The translations under genes and the position numbers were made by a program. The notes beneath the pieces are model-generated. The model ran no database searches and had not been told where the DNA came from. It saw only the letters and a list, made by a program, of their open reading frames with translations. Source: an uncultured virus (IMG/VR IMGVR_UViG_3300028553_000005) (lineage: Duplodnaviria > Heunggongvirae > Uroviricota > Caudoviricetes). From it: a DNA stretch of 64,000 bases. Where the stretch lies: IMG/VR virus record IMGVR_UViG_3300028553_000005, positions 62,001 to 126,000 of that record. One strand, given 5' to 3'. Of this stretch, positions 1 through 10,128 are shown one piece after another (the first letter of the stretch is position 1; each line of letters opens with the position of its first letter).

Positions 1-229
1 CAGTAACAGTACCACCACTTAACGACAATTTACTGTTGGCAGTATTACGAGCATATTGATCAATGTCTATTTCAATTGCTTCATTCAATAGTGTAAATCC
101 ACCGGGAGTTATACCATCATGAACAGTTAAAGTTTTATTGGTACTATTAATAATTAATTCACCATTGGCACCAGTTGTATTGGCCAATGTTGCTGAACCG
201 TATCGTTTAAATTGTAGTGTGCGTGCCAT
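1..229 (-). CDS. Fibre protein with Mtd N-terminal-like domain (partial, runs off window start)
   Basis: Not in ORF track. Manual translation from ATG at 229: MARTLQFKRYGSATLANTTGANGELIINSTNKTLTVHDGITPGG; resembles the N-terminus of 26163..28055; AGGT upstream. Confidence 0.75.
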   Translation of the reverse strand, partial: MARTLQFKRYGSATLANTTGANGELIINSTNKTLTVHDGITPGGFTLLNEAIEIDIDQYARNTANSKLSLSGGTVT

Positions 230-240
230 TTTAATTACCT

Positions 241-1332
241 TTAATGTAAATCGGTTGTTTTTTCTTGTTCTATATGTAGGTCATCACGACCAACTTGTGT
301 AGTTAAATCACCAGCAAAATTATCTGGTAATATATTTGTTTCTATAATATTTGGTGTTTCGGATATTTGAACTGTTGCAACATAAGGTGTGCTGACATTG
401 GCATCTGTTGGCATTGGTGTCACATCTATCTGAACACGCTTCTGTGATTGAGGAACAAATGATGTGAACGCATAGTTTGCACCAGAGGTAGTGGATTTTA
501 TTGGCAAATCAGAAGTAAAATTACCATTAATATTTTGCAACTGTAATGTATTGTTATTAAAGAACACTACTTTGCCTGTAGCTACAGCCATTGGCGCAGA
601 GTAGCCTTGATAAACAGTTTCACCTACTTGATATGTTCCAATTCCTGAATTAGGATTGATTGTAAATTCTATAATCTCATTTTCAGTTAATTTAGTAAAG
701 ATTGAAGTAATTGAATGTGTAATTACTCCACCAGTATCAGATACTTTACCAAAGATAAATCCTTTAACTGTAAAATTTAATGTCCATATAATTAAGCGAG
801 TTTCATTTTCTTTATTGCCTTCATATTGTATTTCATGTGTGGTTGAATTTAATACAACAGGCACTTCTTTAATTATACCCATTTCAGGTATCAAATTTAA
901 TTTGATTGTATAATCTGGTGCAAAAAATGGAAGTATGTGTTCTATAATTTGTGTACCATCTTCTATGTTACGAACATAGATATAAAGATTAAAATCAAAA
1001 TCATATGGTACGGGATTATATTGAGAAACTATTCCTGCTGGTGTCTTTGCAAATGTTTTTGTATTTGTATTTAATTTTCTGGCTACATCATAATTTAAAC
1101 CAGACATTTCAAAAGACATTCTAGGTAAAGTTACTTGAACCTTTTTATCAAGGTTAGGATCTCCTTCTAACCTTCGAACATAAAATTCTTTAGTTGCATA
1201 AGCTATTGGTACAAGAAATCTTTGTGCCTCTGTTAAATCTGGATTGTAACGAACCAAGGTAATATCTTTAAAAAGATTACCAAAGCCAACAACCAGTTTA
1301 CGAATTACTCTATTGTATGAAATAGCGGACAT
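241..1332 (-). CDS. gp15: T4 gp15-like tail terminator / sheath stabiliser with C-terminal extension
   Basis: IRKLVVGFGNLF, VPIAYA, LPRMSFE, QIIEHILPFF, IIWTLNFTVKG; follows gp13 and gp14. Confidence 0.9.
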   Translation of the reverse strand: MSAISYNRVIRKLVVGFGNLFKDITLVRYNPDLTEAQRFLVPIAYATKEFYVRRLEGDPNLDKKVQVTLPRMSFEMSGLNYDVARKLNTNTKTFAKTPAGIVSQYNPVPYDFDFNLYIYVRNIEDGTQIIEHILPFFAPDYTIKLNLIPEMGIIKEVPVVLNSTTHEIQYEGNKENETRLIIWTLNFTVKGFIFGKVSDTGGVITHSITSIFTKLTENEIIEFTINPNSGIGTYQVGETVYQGYSAPMAVATGKVVFFNNNTLQLQNINGNFTSDLPIKSTTSGANYAFTSFVPQSQKRVQIDVTPMPTDANVSTPYVATVQISETPNIIETNILPDNFAGDLTTQVGRDDLHIEQEKTTDLH

Positions 1333-2216
1333 TATATGTTACCAAAAGGATTAGTTTCTGAAAAATCAATAATTGAATTTGCATTTGTTGCAATCAAATT
1401 ATTATCATATTCTTCACTATAAGTATTATCTTCTAAAGGATTAAATGTTGCAAGTGTATAACGAGCATTACTGCTTGCACCAATAATTGATCTACCAACA
1501 ACAAACTCTCCAGCAATATTAGTTACTGTTAATGTATTAGAAGTTGGAATCCAACTCTGTACTATAGCAACCGCAGTGGCAGTATTTCGTGTACTATTAA
1601 TAGATTGGTATACAGTTTCTTTTATTGTATATCGTCCTGTACCGACACCAGTATGTAGAGATTGTGTGTAAGCATTATTTGTAACCACCAAATCAATATC
1701 AGCAACACCAGTATCAATAATTTCTTGTGAGTATTTAAATTTCTCTAAGTACAGTTCATAGAAATAAGGTTGTTTTCTGCCTAGTGTATAAAAGTCTTTT
1801 GATTGTTCTGTGAATTTAATTTCAAACAATTCACCAGTACCATTTAAAAAAGGCACATAAACCAAATCACCTTCTCGTGGCCGTGTAAATGTATTCTGTG
1901 GAACTCGTTGTGAAAATGACCTACGAGATACCAATACATTCACATCGTCTTTAATTTCTAAACCAAATTTAGAAAAGATATCTTTCTGTCCAATGTAATC
2001 AGTTGGATCAGAAGAAAGATACATTTCTAATGGAAAAGCAGAACTAAACTTTTTAACTGGATCTTCACCATAAAGTAAATCACGTGCAGCATCATTATCA
2101 TTTGGCAAATAATAGGCATCAAAGCCCATAATTTTTATAGACTCTACAATTAAATCTTCAATTACATTTTGTTCTTGCTTAGAATTGTAATTGTTAAAAT
2201 AAGCTGACGTTGGCAT
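1332..2216 (-). CDS. gp14: T4 gp14-like neck protein
   Basis: EQNVIEDLIVESIKIMG, FSKFGLEIKD, RPREGDLVY, C-terminal DFSETNPFG. Confidence 0.92.
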   Translation of the reverse strand: MPTSAYFNNYNSKQEQNVIEDLIVESIKIMGFDAYYLPNDNDAARDLLYGEDPVKKFSSAFPLEMYLSSDPTDYIGQKDIFSKFGLEIKDDVNVLVSRRSFSQRVPQNTFTRPREGDLVYVPFLNGTGELFEIKFTEQSKDFYTLGRKQPYFYELYLEKFKYSQEIIDTGVADIDLVVTNNAYTQSLHTGVGTGRYTIKETVYQSINSTRNTATAVAIVQSWIPTSNTLTVTNIAGEFVVGRSIIGASSNARYTLATFNPLEDNTYSEEYDNNLIATNANSIIDFSETNPFGNI

Positions 2217-2989
2217 TAGTTCATGTACCAGTCCACAGGTAAGGAGTACTTGTCTTGCATTTCAGTTTCAAGGTCCTTTATTTCGTTAACAGCTTCATCA
2301 AATATTTCTTTACCATTTAATGTTACACCACCTGGTAATTGAACACCTGAAAACTTCTTTAAATTATTTCCCCATGTTCTTTTGATAAGTGCTGTGGCAT
2401 ATTCTTTAACCCATCGGTCATTCCACACACGATTGTAAACATCAGGATTAATATTAGCCCAACACTCAGCAACAACAATTGATCCTACTGGTGCAGCTGC
2501 TCGACCCCATGCATGGTCAATAAAAAGTTTTCGCATGTGTCTTTGAAAACGAATTGGTACTTCTCCAGAAAACATAATTTCTAAAGAACGTAAATGTTGT
2601 TGTGTTAAAGTGTAATTAACATATGATGCAGAAGTAAAATCATACAATTCATTTAAACGCAATTGATATCTTAAATCAAACATATTAATTGTTGACTGAG
2701 AATCAGTAATTGGAAATACACGAGTCACACCAACAATTTCAAGTGCATTGTTGGCATCATCTCTTATATTTGAAAAATCCAGGTATTTGTTATTAATATC
2801 TGTTTGAGTTACAGATTTGACGTAGTATACTTTTTGTAAGCCATCAAAATGGTAATCTTGCCAATATTGTAAAGCATCATCAATACGATCTTCTACTTGA
2901 TCTTCATCTACGTTGATTTCAATAACAGGAAAACCTAATCTCCTCAAACAATATTCTTTTAATGTTTGTCTGTTTGTTACGGCCGGCAT
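2216..2989 (-). CDS. gp13: T4 gp13-like neck protein
   Basis: LKEYCLRRLGFPVIEINV, WVKEYATALIKRTWGNNLKKF, QLPGGVTLNG. Confidence 0.93.
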   Translation of the reverse strand: MPAVTNRQTLKEYCLRRLGFPVIEINVDEDQVEDRIDDALQYWQDYHFDGLQKVYYVKSVTQTDINNKYLDFSNIRDDANNALEIVGVTRVFPITDSQSTINMFDLRYQLRLNELYDFTSASYVNYTLTQQHLRSLEIMFSGEVPIRFQRHMRKLFIDHAWGRAAAPVGSIVVAECWANINPDVYNRVWNDRWVKEYATALIKRTWGNNLKKFSGVQLPGGVTLNGKEIFDEAVNEIKDLETEMQDKYSLPVDWYMN

Positions 2990-3009
2990 ATTAATCTCCT
3001 ATATTAAGG

Positions 3010-3017
3010 TATTTATA
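3010..3017 (-). promoter_or_regulatory. T4-type late promoter TATAAATA upstream of gp13
   Basis: Exact TATAAATA on minus strand, followed by AGGAG ribosome-binding site and ATG at 2989. Confidence 0.8.
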
Positions 3018-3077
3018 CCATGAGTTTTTAGTTGATTGTCAAAGTCCCGTTGGCAGTTTTACCTAAATTATTTTCTA

Positions 3078-4058
3078 TCATAATACTGTAAATATTCCAC
3101 TAGTTGTAAACGTGTGTAATGTATAGATTCCACTAGTTGATGTTGTGCCACCAGTTGCAGATAAAGCTCCTGTTGGATAACGAATTACAACAGTACCTGC
3201 AGCCCCACTCTGACCAGCAAAACCTGATCCTCTAAAACCTGCTCCTCCACCTCCAGAATTAGCTCTCGGTCCAATTTCGTCCCAATTTGGTTGTGGTCCT
3301 GTAAAGTATCCTGCTCCAAAAAAGCTTTTTGTGCCTCTCAATTCGGTGCCACCATATCCGGTTGCCGGCATGTTGCTAAATTGGCTTGTGTTTCCTCCTC
3401 CACCATAACCCAATCCTGTTATAACTGACGTGATGCCATCTCCACCAATATAATCGCCTGTTGTAGAACCTCCCCCGCCTGCGCCACCTCCAGCTCCAAC
3501 TGTGGCGCCTGTTGCAGTTGTTCCATATGCTGCAGATCCTCCGTTAGGCGCATTTCTAGCAAATACTTTAGGAAATCCTGCATTAGAACGAAGATAAAAA
3601 GAACCTCCACCTCTTATTCCTACAGGAGGATTATATGATCCACTACCACTTTGAACAGTGCTTGGTGATATTGCGCCAACGCCGCCACCAACAGCTGTTG
3701 TGTTGTTAAAACTTGAGTTGCCACCTGGATTACTAGTTTGTGATGCATAAGGTGCTGTTCCTCCTGGACCTATAGTAACAGGAAACTCTCCTTTTCCAGT
3801 AAGGTATTGAGCAAGTAATTCTTGAACTTGTCCTCCGCCCCCACCTCCAGTTATTGCCAGAAATGAACCGCCAGCATTTTGTCCTGGACCACCTGCACCG
3901 CCACCACCAACAACCAAATAATCTATTGGGCCAAATATAGGAAATGGCCAGAGGCTTTGTTTTACTTGTTGATAGTGCCGAGAGAGTGTGAATACACCAG
4001 AAGCAAAAGTCGTATTGGCGGTAGCGCTTCGGCCTCTAAATTTACCTAGATTGGCCAT
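3078..4058 (-). CDS. Glycine-rich domain virion/fibre-tip protein
   Basis: IDYLVVGGGGAGG ... ANSGGGGAG ... GTVVIRYP ... YTLHTFTTSG; same domain as in 19362..21230. Confidence 0.7.
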   Translation of the reverse strand: MANLGKFRGRSATANTTFASGVFTLSRHYQQVKQSLWPFPIFGPIDYLVVGGGGAGGPGQNAGGSFLAITGGGGGGQVQELLAQYLTGKGEFPVTIGPGGTAPYASQTSNPGGNSSFNNTTAVGGGVGAISPSTVQSGSGSYNPPVGIRGGGSFYLRSNAGFPKVFARNAPNGGSAAYGTTATGATVGAGGGAGGGGSTTGDYIGGDGITSVITGLGYGGGGNTSQFSNMPATGYGGTELRGTKSFFGAGYFTGPQPNWDEIGPRANSGGGGAGFRGSGFAGQSGAAGTVVIRYPTGALSATGGTTSTSGIYTLHTFTTSGIFTVL

Positions 4059-4060
4059 GA

Positions 4061-4435
4061 TTATGCTATATCTTCATAACTCACTAAGAATGAGATACCA
4101 TTACTTGTTCCTGAAGAAACAGTAATCGAAGCGTTTTCTTCCAAATAAAATGAAGTTGTTTTGTCTGATACAACCAAAGTAGAAAGAGCAGGTACACTTG
4201 CAAAAAGAATTAAAGCATTGTTTGCACCGGCACCATTGGCGGCCGTATTATAAAATACGTTTGCGGTAACTGTCGATGCGCCATTCTGATTTGAACATAT
4301 AATTGAATTAATTTTATATACTCGATTACTACTGGCAGCATTAGACAATATACTGTATGTAGCTGTGTTAGCTGGCCGAGAACTCACCGATTTTCCTGTA
4401 ATTGAAGTAACTGATAATATATTTGGTGCTGCCAT
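4061..4435 (-). CDS. Small beta-rich virion adaptor-like protein
   Basis: 124 aa; similar pattern to 21230..21559 and 25817..26158. Confidence 0.55.
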   Translation of the reverse strand: MAAPNILSVTSITGKSVSSRPANTATYSILSNAASSNRVYKINSIICSNQNGASTVTANVFYNTAANGAGANNALILFASVPALSTLVVSDKTTSFYLEENASITVSSGTSNGISFLVSYEDIA

Positions 4436-4440
4436 TTAAA

Positions 4441-5085
4441 TTAACCTCCAAAAATTATTGAAAGAGCAATTGCTTTGCCGGTTGATGCGGCCGCACTTGC
4501 TGTTGTATTTGCTGCACTTGCTGTTGTATTTGCTGCAACACCTATGTTGTATGCAGATTGCGCTAAATTAGTTGCTGTATTGATATCGGTATTCTGTGTT
4601 GAATTAATACCATCAATTAAAGATATATTAGAACTCAACCAAGAAGTTAAATTCGATATATTGGTATTCTGAGTAACATTAACACCTTGAAGTATAACTG
4701 TATTGGATGCAGCCGTATTGGCTACGTTTCTGGCAAATCCGTCTTGTGCGGTACCACCACTTAAATTATTGGCAAAATCATAAGCAGCTTGTGCTAGTGT
4801 TACACCAGTATTTGCTTTTGTAAACGAAGCATTGGCTGTATTATAAGAAGCATTTGCATGGCCACGAACCCAAGAGTCTAATGCTACCGCTGTGGTTTGT
4901 CTTGTACCATCAGAAAAATTTATACCATTGGTGCTAGTAATGTATACAACATCAGCATAAACAATTTCGGTTGAACTTGGTATACCTGTGCCTACAGTCC
5001 AAGAATTATTTGCAGACGTATACACATAGCTGACACCATTGATAATCTTGGTTTGTCCATTAAAAGGAAGCTGAGAGTATGTCAT
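4441..5085 (-). CDS. Fibre segment protein (Ala/Asn coiled coil)
   Basis: AQAAYDFAN and QGVNVTQNT modules; hydrophobic C-terminus GKAIALSIIFGG. Confidence 0.6.
   Translation of the reverse strand: MTYSQLPFNGQTKIINGVSYVYTSANNSWTVGTGIPSSTEIVYADVVYITSTNGINFSDGTRQTTAVALDSWVRGHANASYNTANASFTKANTGVTLAQAAYDFANNLSGGTAQDGFARNVANTAASNTVILQGVNVTQNTNISNLTSWLSSNISLIDGINSTQNTDINTATNLAQSAYNIGVAANTTASAANTTASAAASTGKAIALSIIFGG
4493..4537. repeat. 21-bp coding tandem repeat (2 copies, encodes ANTTASA)
   Basis: gcacttgctgttgtatttgct at 4493-4513 and 4514-4534. Confidence 0.85.
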
Positions 5086-5158
5086 GACAAAAAAGAAATT
5101 GTATTAATTTTTAGTGATAGGTTAAGAGTAGAGTAATTAAAAGTTTTTTCATATTATT

Positions 5159-6886
5159 TTATGGAGCAATTGAAGTAATGGCAAGAACACCTCGTCCTGC
5201 ACTTATAAAACTCCACGTGGTGCTTGCTCCCACTTGCACAGGACTGGATCGGTTGGTTTGATTATTTTGTCCTAACTGCCCGTTACTATTGTCACCCCAG
5301 GCCCACATTGTGCCATCTGTCTTGGTGGCCAATCTATTCTGACTACCGGTTGAAGATGCACTTATTAAATTCCAATTTGTTCCTGTTCCCACCTGTGTTG
5401 GGCTGGACCTATTACTGATGTTACCGAGTCCTAACTGTCCAACATTATTGCGACCCCAGGTCCACAAAGTACCGTCAGTCTTGGTGGCCATAGAACCATA
5501 CTCTCCACCACTAACCAGACTCCAATTAGTTGATGTACCAATTTGTGTAGGACTGAGTTTTGTATAAGTTGAAATTTCGTTGAGTCCTAAAGAACCGTAG
5601 TTGTCATTTCTGCCCCATGCCCACAAGGTACCGTCAGTCTTAATAGCTAAACACTGAGAGGTGCTAATACTTATTCTATTCCACGTGGTATTTGCACCCA
5701 CCTGTACGGGGCTGGATCTATCAACTGTATCGCCAAGTCCTAATTTGCCCATGTAGCCTTGGCCCCAAGCCCACAATGTGCCATCAGTTTTGATAGCAAT
5801 AGAAGATGCTGAAGAAGTGTCAATACGGTACCAATCTGTTCCTGCTCCTACTTGTACTGGACTGGATCTGGCAACTGTATTACCAAGTCCTAACTGTCCT
5901 TGTGTGTTAACGCCCCAGGACCACAAGGTGCCGTCAGTCTTGGTGGCCATAATACTGTAGTTACCAACACTAACAAGGTTCCATGTTGTTGCTGTTCCTA
6001 CCTGTGTTGGGCTGGATCTGGCGTAAACTGTATCATTATGACCTAACTGGCCATTAGTATTGTATCCCCAAGTCCATAGAGTACCATCGTTTCTGATAGC
6101 TGCAGAATTGGTTGCACGGCTACTTACTGACTTCCAAGTTGTTCCTGTTCCTACTTGTGTTGGACTAAGCGTGTATCCCCCACTTGTATTTAAACCTCCA
6201 ACACCAAATCCATTCATACCCCAAGAATATAATCTTGTCAGCGGTGTTAGTGTCACAGTTACTTGGAATGTTTTGCTTGAATCTTGTAACTCAGCATCTG
6301 TAGCTACAACACTAAATGTGTATGTGGTTTGAGCACCAATAGAAACTGTACCAGAGAAATATCCGTTGGCAGCTAATGTTGTACCGGTTGGTAATGTAGA
6401 GCCGGCTGCTAAAGAATAAGATGTTGCACTAGTAGCACTAAGGTTAACACCAAAGGCTGTATTGGCTTCTTGATTTGCCAATGGACTTGCAGTGATCCAA
6501 GAAGGTTCAGAGCTGTATGTGATACCAGCAACTTTAATACCAACGCCACCATCAGGATTAACCACATAAAGATTATAAGATGCCGCTGATTTTGTAGGAA
6601 CTTGAACTTGTAGTGTTGTTGAATTTACATATGTAACGGCTGAAGCAGGAGTTGTGTCGATTAATATGGTGGCACCAGATTGAAATTCGGCACCAGTAAC
6701 AACAATGTAACCACCACCTACGTTAACCGCTGTATCATTTAATACTGTAAAGGTATTACTGGCCACGTTGGCATAGAGAACTTTAGGTGCTAGTGTTTTG
6801 GCAAAGGCTGCCGTGGCTGTATTACTTAATTGTACTGTGTCAATTGTGTAACTGGTGATCTGGTTTCCAAGAATCTTTGTGGTCAT
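5159..6886 (-). CDS. IPT/TIG + Ig-like + RCC1/BLIP-II-like beta-propeller protein (putative adhesin)
   Basis: Repeated blades KTDGTLW(S/A/T)WG.N..GQLG....RSSPVQVG; N-terminal ITGAEFQSGA..VTYVNSTTL-type IPT-like domain. Confidence 0.85.
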   Translation of the reverse strand: MTTKILGNQITSYTIDTVQLSNTATAAFAKTLAPKVLYANVASNTFTVLNDTAVNVGGGYIVVTGAEFQSGATILIDTTPASAVTYVNSTTLQVQVPTKSAASYNLYVVNPDGGVGIKVAGITYSSEPSWITASPLANQEANTAFGVNLSATSATSYSLAAGSTLPTGTTLAANGYFSGTVSIGAQTTYTFSVVATDAELQDSSKTFQVTVTLTPLTRLYSWGMNGFGVGGLNTSGGYTLSPTQVGTGTTWKSVSSRATNSAAIRNDGTLWTWGYNTNGQLGHNDTVYARSSPTQVGTATTWNLVSVGNYSIMATKTDGTLWSWGVNTQGQLGLGNTVARSSPVQVGAGTDWYRIDTSSASSIAIKTDGTLWAWGQGYMGKLGLGDTVDRSSPVQVGANTTWNRISISTSQCLAIKTDGTLWAWGRNDNYGSLGLNEISTYTKLSPTQIGTSTNWSLVSGGEYGSMATKTDGTLWTWGRNNVGQLGLGNISNRSSPTQVGTGTNWNLISASSTGSQNRLATKTDGTMWAWGDNSNGQLGQNNQTNRSSPVQVGASTTWSFISAGRGVLAITSIAP

Positions 6887-6899
6887 TTGAATCTATCCT

Positions 6900-6940
6900 A
6901 AAATATGGGTGATTTATACTATATTTATAAATCATCCACA
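6900..6940 (-). terminator. Probable intrinsic terminator closing the modification cassette
   Basis: Inverted repeat 6904-6918 / 6926-6940 (one A-C mismatch, one G-U pair), 7-nt loop, then UUUU on the minus-strand RNA. Confidence 0.6.
6922..6929 (-). promoter_or_regulatory. T4-type late promoter TATAAATA for RCC1 gene 5159..6886
   Basis: Exact TATAAATA, overlapping the terminator hairpin. Confidence 0.7.
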
Positions 6941-6945
6941 TTTGG

Positions 6946-7776
6946 TTAGACTCCCATTTGCTTACGAATCTTGGTGGCTGAAATGTCGGTGATTGATTTA
7001 TCAAAGGTTTCTTGTTCGATTTTGTATCCTACATCACGACCATAGGTGATATTGACGATATTAGGTACCACTTGAATCTCGTATTGGCCTTGATAGATTG
7101 GATCCAAATCTCTACGGATATACGATTTAACTTGTTCAATGGCAAACGGATTAGAACCTTGCCATCCTTGGCAATCTCGAATTTGAATGACTACCTGACC
7201 AGTTTTGGCAATGGCTCGGTCAAACAATGCTCGGTGACCTTCATGCCATGGTTGCCAGCGACCCAACATTTGAACTGTTTCTTTCTTCCAGTCAAACACA
7301 GGACGCCTACGATTTTCAATAATGTGATTACCAATAAACTCAGCCCATTTCTCCGCATTTTGTTCTGTAACACGGAAGTCATATACATCTGGTGGTACAA
7401 ACATTTTATTAGTATCTTCATAACGACCAGCTTCAATTGTGTCAACCCAAATTGTCCAATCGGCTTTGAAATTGTTTCTCATCTCTGGAATAGGTGCCAC
7501 GAAATCACAAATAACATAATCACCACCAGCTTCAAATGCAAACTGTGCCATTCTTAATGATTGCCGAATACGTCCTTCTTTAGAGAAATCCCAATCATTG
7601 AATTTTTTACGAACATCATCAGCATTGAACCAAGTTACTTGAGCATTAAATCCTGTGATAGGTAACATTTCACCATAATCGGCTCGTTCACCATGTTTTT
7701 CTAGGTATTTTTTCAATGCTTCAGCCAAAAATGTTTTACCGGCACCAGGTAAACCCATAATTAAAATCTTTTTCAT
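6946..7776 (-). CDS. Adenylylsulfate kinase-like domain fused to HIGH-family nucleotidyltransferase (putative compact PAPS synthase)
   Basis: P-loop GLPGAGKT, NADDVR, DWDFSKEGRIRQ, DFVAP; C-terminal GRWQPWHEGH, YGRDVG, ISATKIR. Confidence 0.75.
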   Translation of the reverse strand: MKKILIMGLPGAGKTFLAEALKKYLEKHGERADYGEMLPITGFNAQVTWFNADDVRKKFNDWDFSKEGRIRQSLRMAQFAFEAGGDYVICDFVAPIPEMRNNFKADWTIWVDTIEAGRYEDTNKMFVPPDVYDFRVTEQNAEKWAEFIGNHIIENRRRPVFDWKKETVQMLGRWQPWHEGHRALFDRAIAKTGQVVIQIRDCQGWQGSNPFAIEQVKSYIRRDLDPIYQGQYEIQVVPNIVNITYGRDVGYKIEQETFDKSITDISATKIRKQMGV

Positions 7777-8774
7777 ATTTGTTCCTTAATAAAATTATCA
7801 ACGATTGCCAATGATGAACTGATTGCCATATCCATATCGATATAAACATACAATCCACATCTACCAATAAACTGGACCTTGTCGTTTTTTATGTCCTTAT
7901 ACTTATTATATATTGCTCGATTTAAACCTTCTGAATCTTTTACTGGATAATACCGTTCATAATTATTATCTCGGTAATCACAAGGTTCTTCTAATGTATA
8001 TCTCTCACCAAATCCATGTTCAGGAAACAATTCCCATTTTGTAATGCGTGTATATGGTCCATCATCCGTAAAATTAACTACCGATGTTGGCATATCAAAG
8101 TAAGATTTATCGGTAAAATGAAACTTGATTGACCGATATGGTAATTCACCATGACAGTAATCATAATACTCATCTATTGCCATTGAATTAAAAACAAAAT
8201 CATATTCAGTTTCCATTTCTTTAGAAAACTTGGTGTTTAATTTTATTTTTATATTTGAATGATTTAATATATTTCCAAATAGTTTATTATAACCACCTTT
8301 GGGTAGGCATTGGTATTCATCATTTGGAAAATATAATTCGTTTAAATCATTTCTTAGTTTGATACGATTTAATATACTACTATCAATCTTATCGGTCGGC
8401 AAGCCCCACATCTTTTTAGAATAAGGCACATACAGAGTTTCAAACAATTTATCACCTAATATTTTTTGTGTTTCCAAATTAGGTGGTAAAGTTAGATATT
8501 GGCCTTTGTGATATGCTTTGACTTTATGTTGGTATGGTACCCATTCGGTGTATTGGGACAACCATTCAATTACTCTATTGTTATTTGTGTGTAGGATGTG
8601 CGGTCCGTAGCGGTGTACTAGAACACCATCTATCATCTCATCATAACAGTTGCCACCAATATGGCCTCTTTGGTCAATTATGGTAATATTGTAACCACGA
8701 TTGGCCAGTTCTCTGGTTATAACTGAACCTGAGAATCCTGTTCCAACGACCAGTATGTTTTGTTTTCTTCCCAT
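7773..8774 (-). CDS. glf: UDP-galactopyranose mutase
   Basis: VVGTGFSG (FAD binding), IGGNCYD, HRYGPHILHT, LPYRS, YYPV, GRCGLYVYIDMD. Confidence 0.92.
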   Translation of the reverse strand: MGRKQNILVVGTGFSGSVITRELANRGYNITIIDQRGHIGGNCYDEMIDGVLVHRYGPHILHTNNNRVIEWLSQYTEWVPYQHKVKAYHKGQYLTLPPNLETQKILGDKLFETLYVPYSKKMWGLPTDKIDSSILNRIKLRNDLNELYFPNDEYQCLPKGGYNKLFGNILNHSNIKIKLNTKFSKEMETEYDFVFNSMAIDEYYDYCHGELPYRSIKFHFTDKSYFDMPTSVVNFTDDGPYTRITKWELFPEHGFGERYTLEEPCDYRDNNYERYYPVKDSEGLNRAIYNKYKDIKNDKVQFIGRCGLYVYIDMDMAISSSLAIVDNFIKEQI

Positions 8775-9550
8775 AATTTAATTACGGCATCTTTCGTTAT
8801 ATAAAACGGTATGTCCATTTTGTTTGACATATGTACCACTAGTGAACCCATTGGCATAAACATTTTAAATTCTGGTTTATTCCACACCGTGGATATCGTG
8901 TTACCTTCCCAATGATGTTCTTTTTCACCAATAATTAATAACTTATCAAAGTGTTCTTTATACTTTTTAAATATCTTGGCTTGAATCATAAATGATTCTT
9001 GTGTAAACCATGTGCTTCTATAATATCTATGCTGTGTAGGAACAACAAAACATGGCCTATAATATGTTTCATTATATGGATGACTTGGATGATAATATAG
9101 TTGATTGAAATCTTGTGGAAAAATACCTATTTCTAAACCAGTAACCGATGAAAGATATGTCCACGATTCAATCATTTCACCAATGGCACCTGAAAAATGT
9201 AGATAGTCATCTTCTACAATGTACACCAAATCATCATCAGGTAAATTGTAGATGTATTCGTAGGCTACTTGAACTGAGTGCCTAGATTTTTTCTTAGGTG
9301 ATAATCCTTCTTGATTTCTTGGTGGTAAAAAATTGATTGTGACGAAATCGTGTGGTTGAATCAGTTCTTTAAGTATGTCCTGAAATTCAGCAACAGAGTT
9401 ATCATCAATAATGTGTAATGATTTTTCTGGTATATTTTTGAGATTGGTGATAATTGAATTTAAACACCGAAGAATACATTCAGATTTATTTACTATTCTA
9501 TCGGACTGTAGAGAAGTTCTATTACAAGTCCTTAATACAACATGAATCAT
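8717..9550 (-). CDS. GT-A fold glycosyltransferase (GT2-like)
   Basis: LHIIDDNS and VYIVEDDYLH motifs; cluster context. Confidence 0.7.
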   Translation of the reverse strand: MIHVVLRTCNRTSLQSDRIVNKSECILRCLNSIITNLKNIPEKSLHIIDDNSVAEFQDILKELIQPHDFVTINFLPPRNQEGLSPKKKSRHSVQVAYEYIYNLPDDDLVYIVEDDYLHFSGAIGEMIESWTYLSSVTGLEIGIFPQDFNQLYYHPSHPYNETYYRPCFVVPTQHRYYRSTWFTQESFMIQAKIFKKYKEHFDKLLIIGEKEHHWEGNTISTVWNKPEFKMFMPMGSLVVHMSNKMDIPFYITKDAVIKLWEENKTYWSLEQDSQVQL

Positions 9551-10128
9551 AATTTACGAACAGCAGATTGATAACCACTAGGTAACTCAAAAATTTCTAA
9601 TTTATCCCAATAACATTGCATGAAATTATCTACTGCCATTTTAGGCGAGTTGCATGGGTTGTTATCTTTTCTCCACACCATACTGTCATCAAATAACATT
9701 ACACCACCTTTATTCAACAATTCAAATCCTAAAACACAATCTTGTAATACACCTGGTGCTCGGTGATCTCCATCAACATAGATAAAATCGGCTTTGACAC
9801 CACGATTATATAAGTCAATCAATCCATCAAAAGATTTTTTATTAATAAACTCCACCACACCTTTAGGTTCAAATTCTTCTAAGTTACTTAAAAACATTTC
9901 TTTGGTCTGTGGTATATTTTTTTCAGGCAAGTCATCACTATTGTCGTATGGATCAATTGCGTAATGTTTATAATTTGAATTTTGTTGATGACAAATACCA
10001 GTTATGTTAAATGTGCTGTCACCTTCAAAACATCCTATTTCAATTGATACTTTTGGAAAGCCAATTGAACTTACAATGTGTTGAAAACTTCTAATTGTGT
10101 GGTCGTGGAATCTTACGGTTAATTTCAT
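9547..10128 (-). CDS. Class I SAM-dependent methyltransferase (Methyltransf_24-like)
   Basis: IEIGCFEG, DFIYVDGDH, LNKGGVMLFDD. Confidence 0.85.
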   Translation of the reverse strand: MKLTVRFHDHTIRSFQHIVSSIGFPKVSIEIGCFEGDSTFNITGICHQQNSNYKHYAIDPYDNSDDLPEKNIPQTKEMFLSNLEEFEPKGVVEFINKKSFDGLIDLYNRGVKADFIYVDGDHRAPGVLQDCVLGFELLNKGGVMLFDDSMVWRKDNNPCNSPKMAVDNFMQCYWDKLEIFELPSGYQSAVRKL

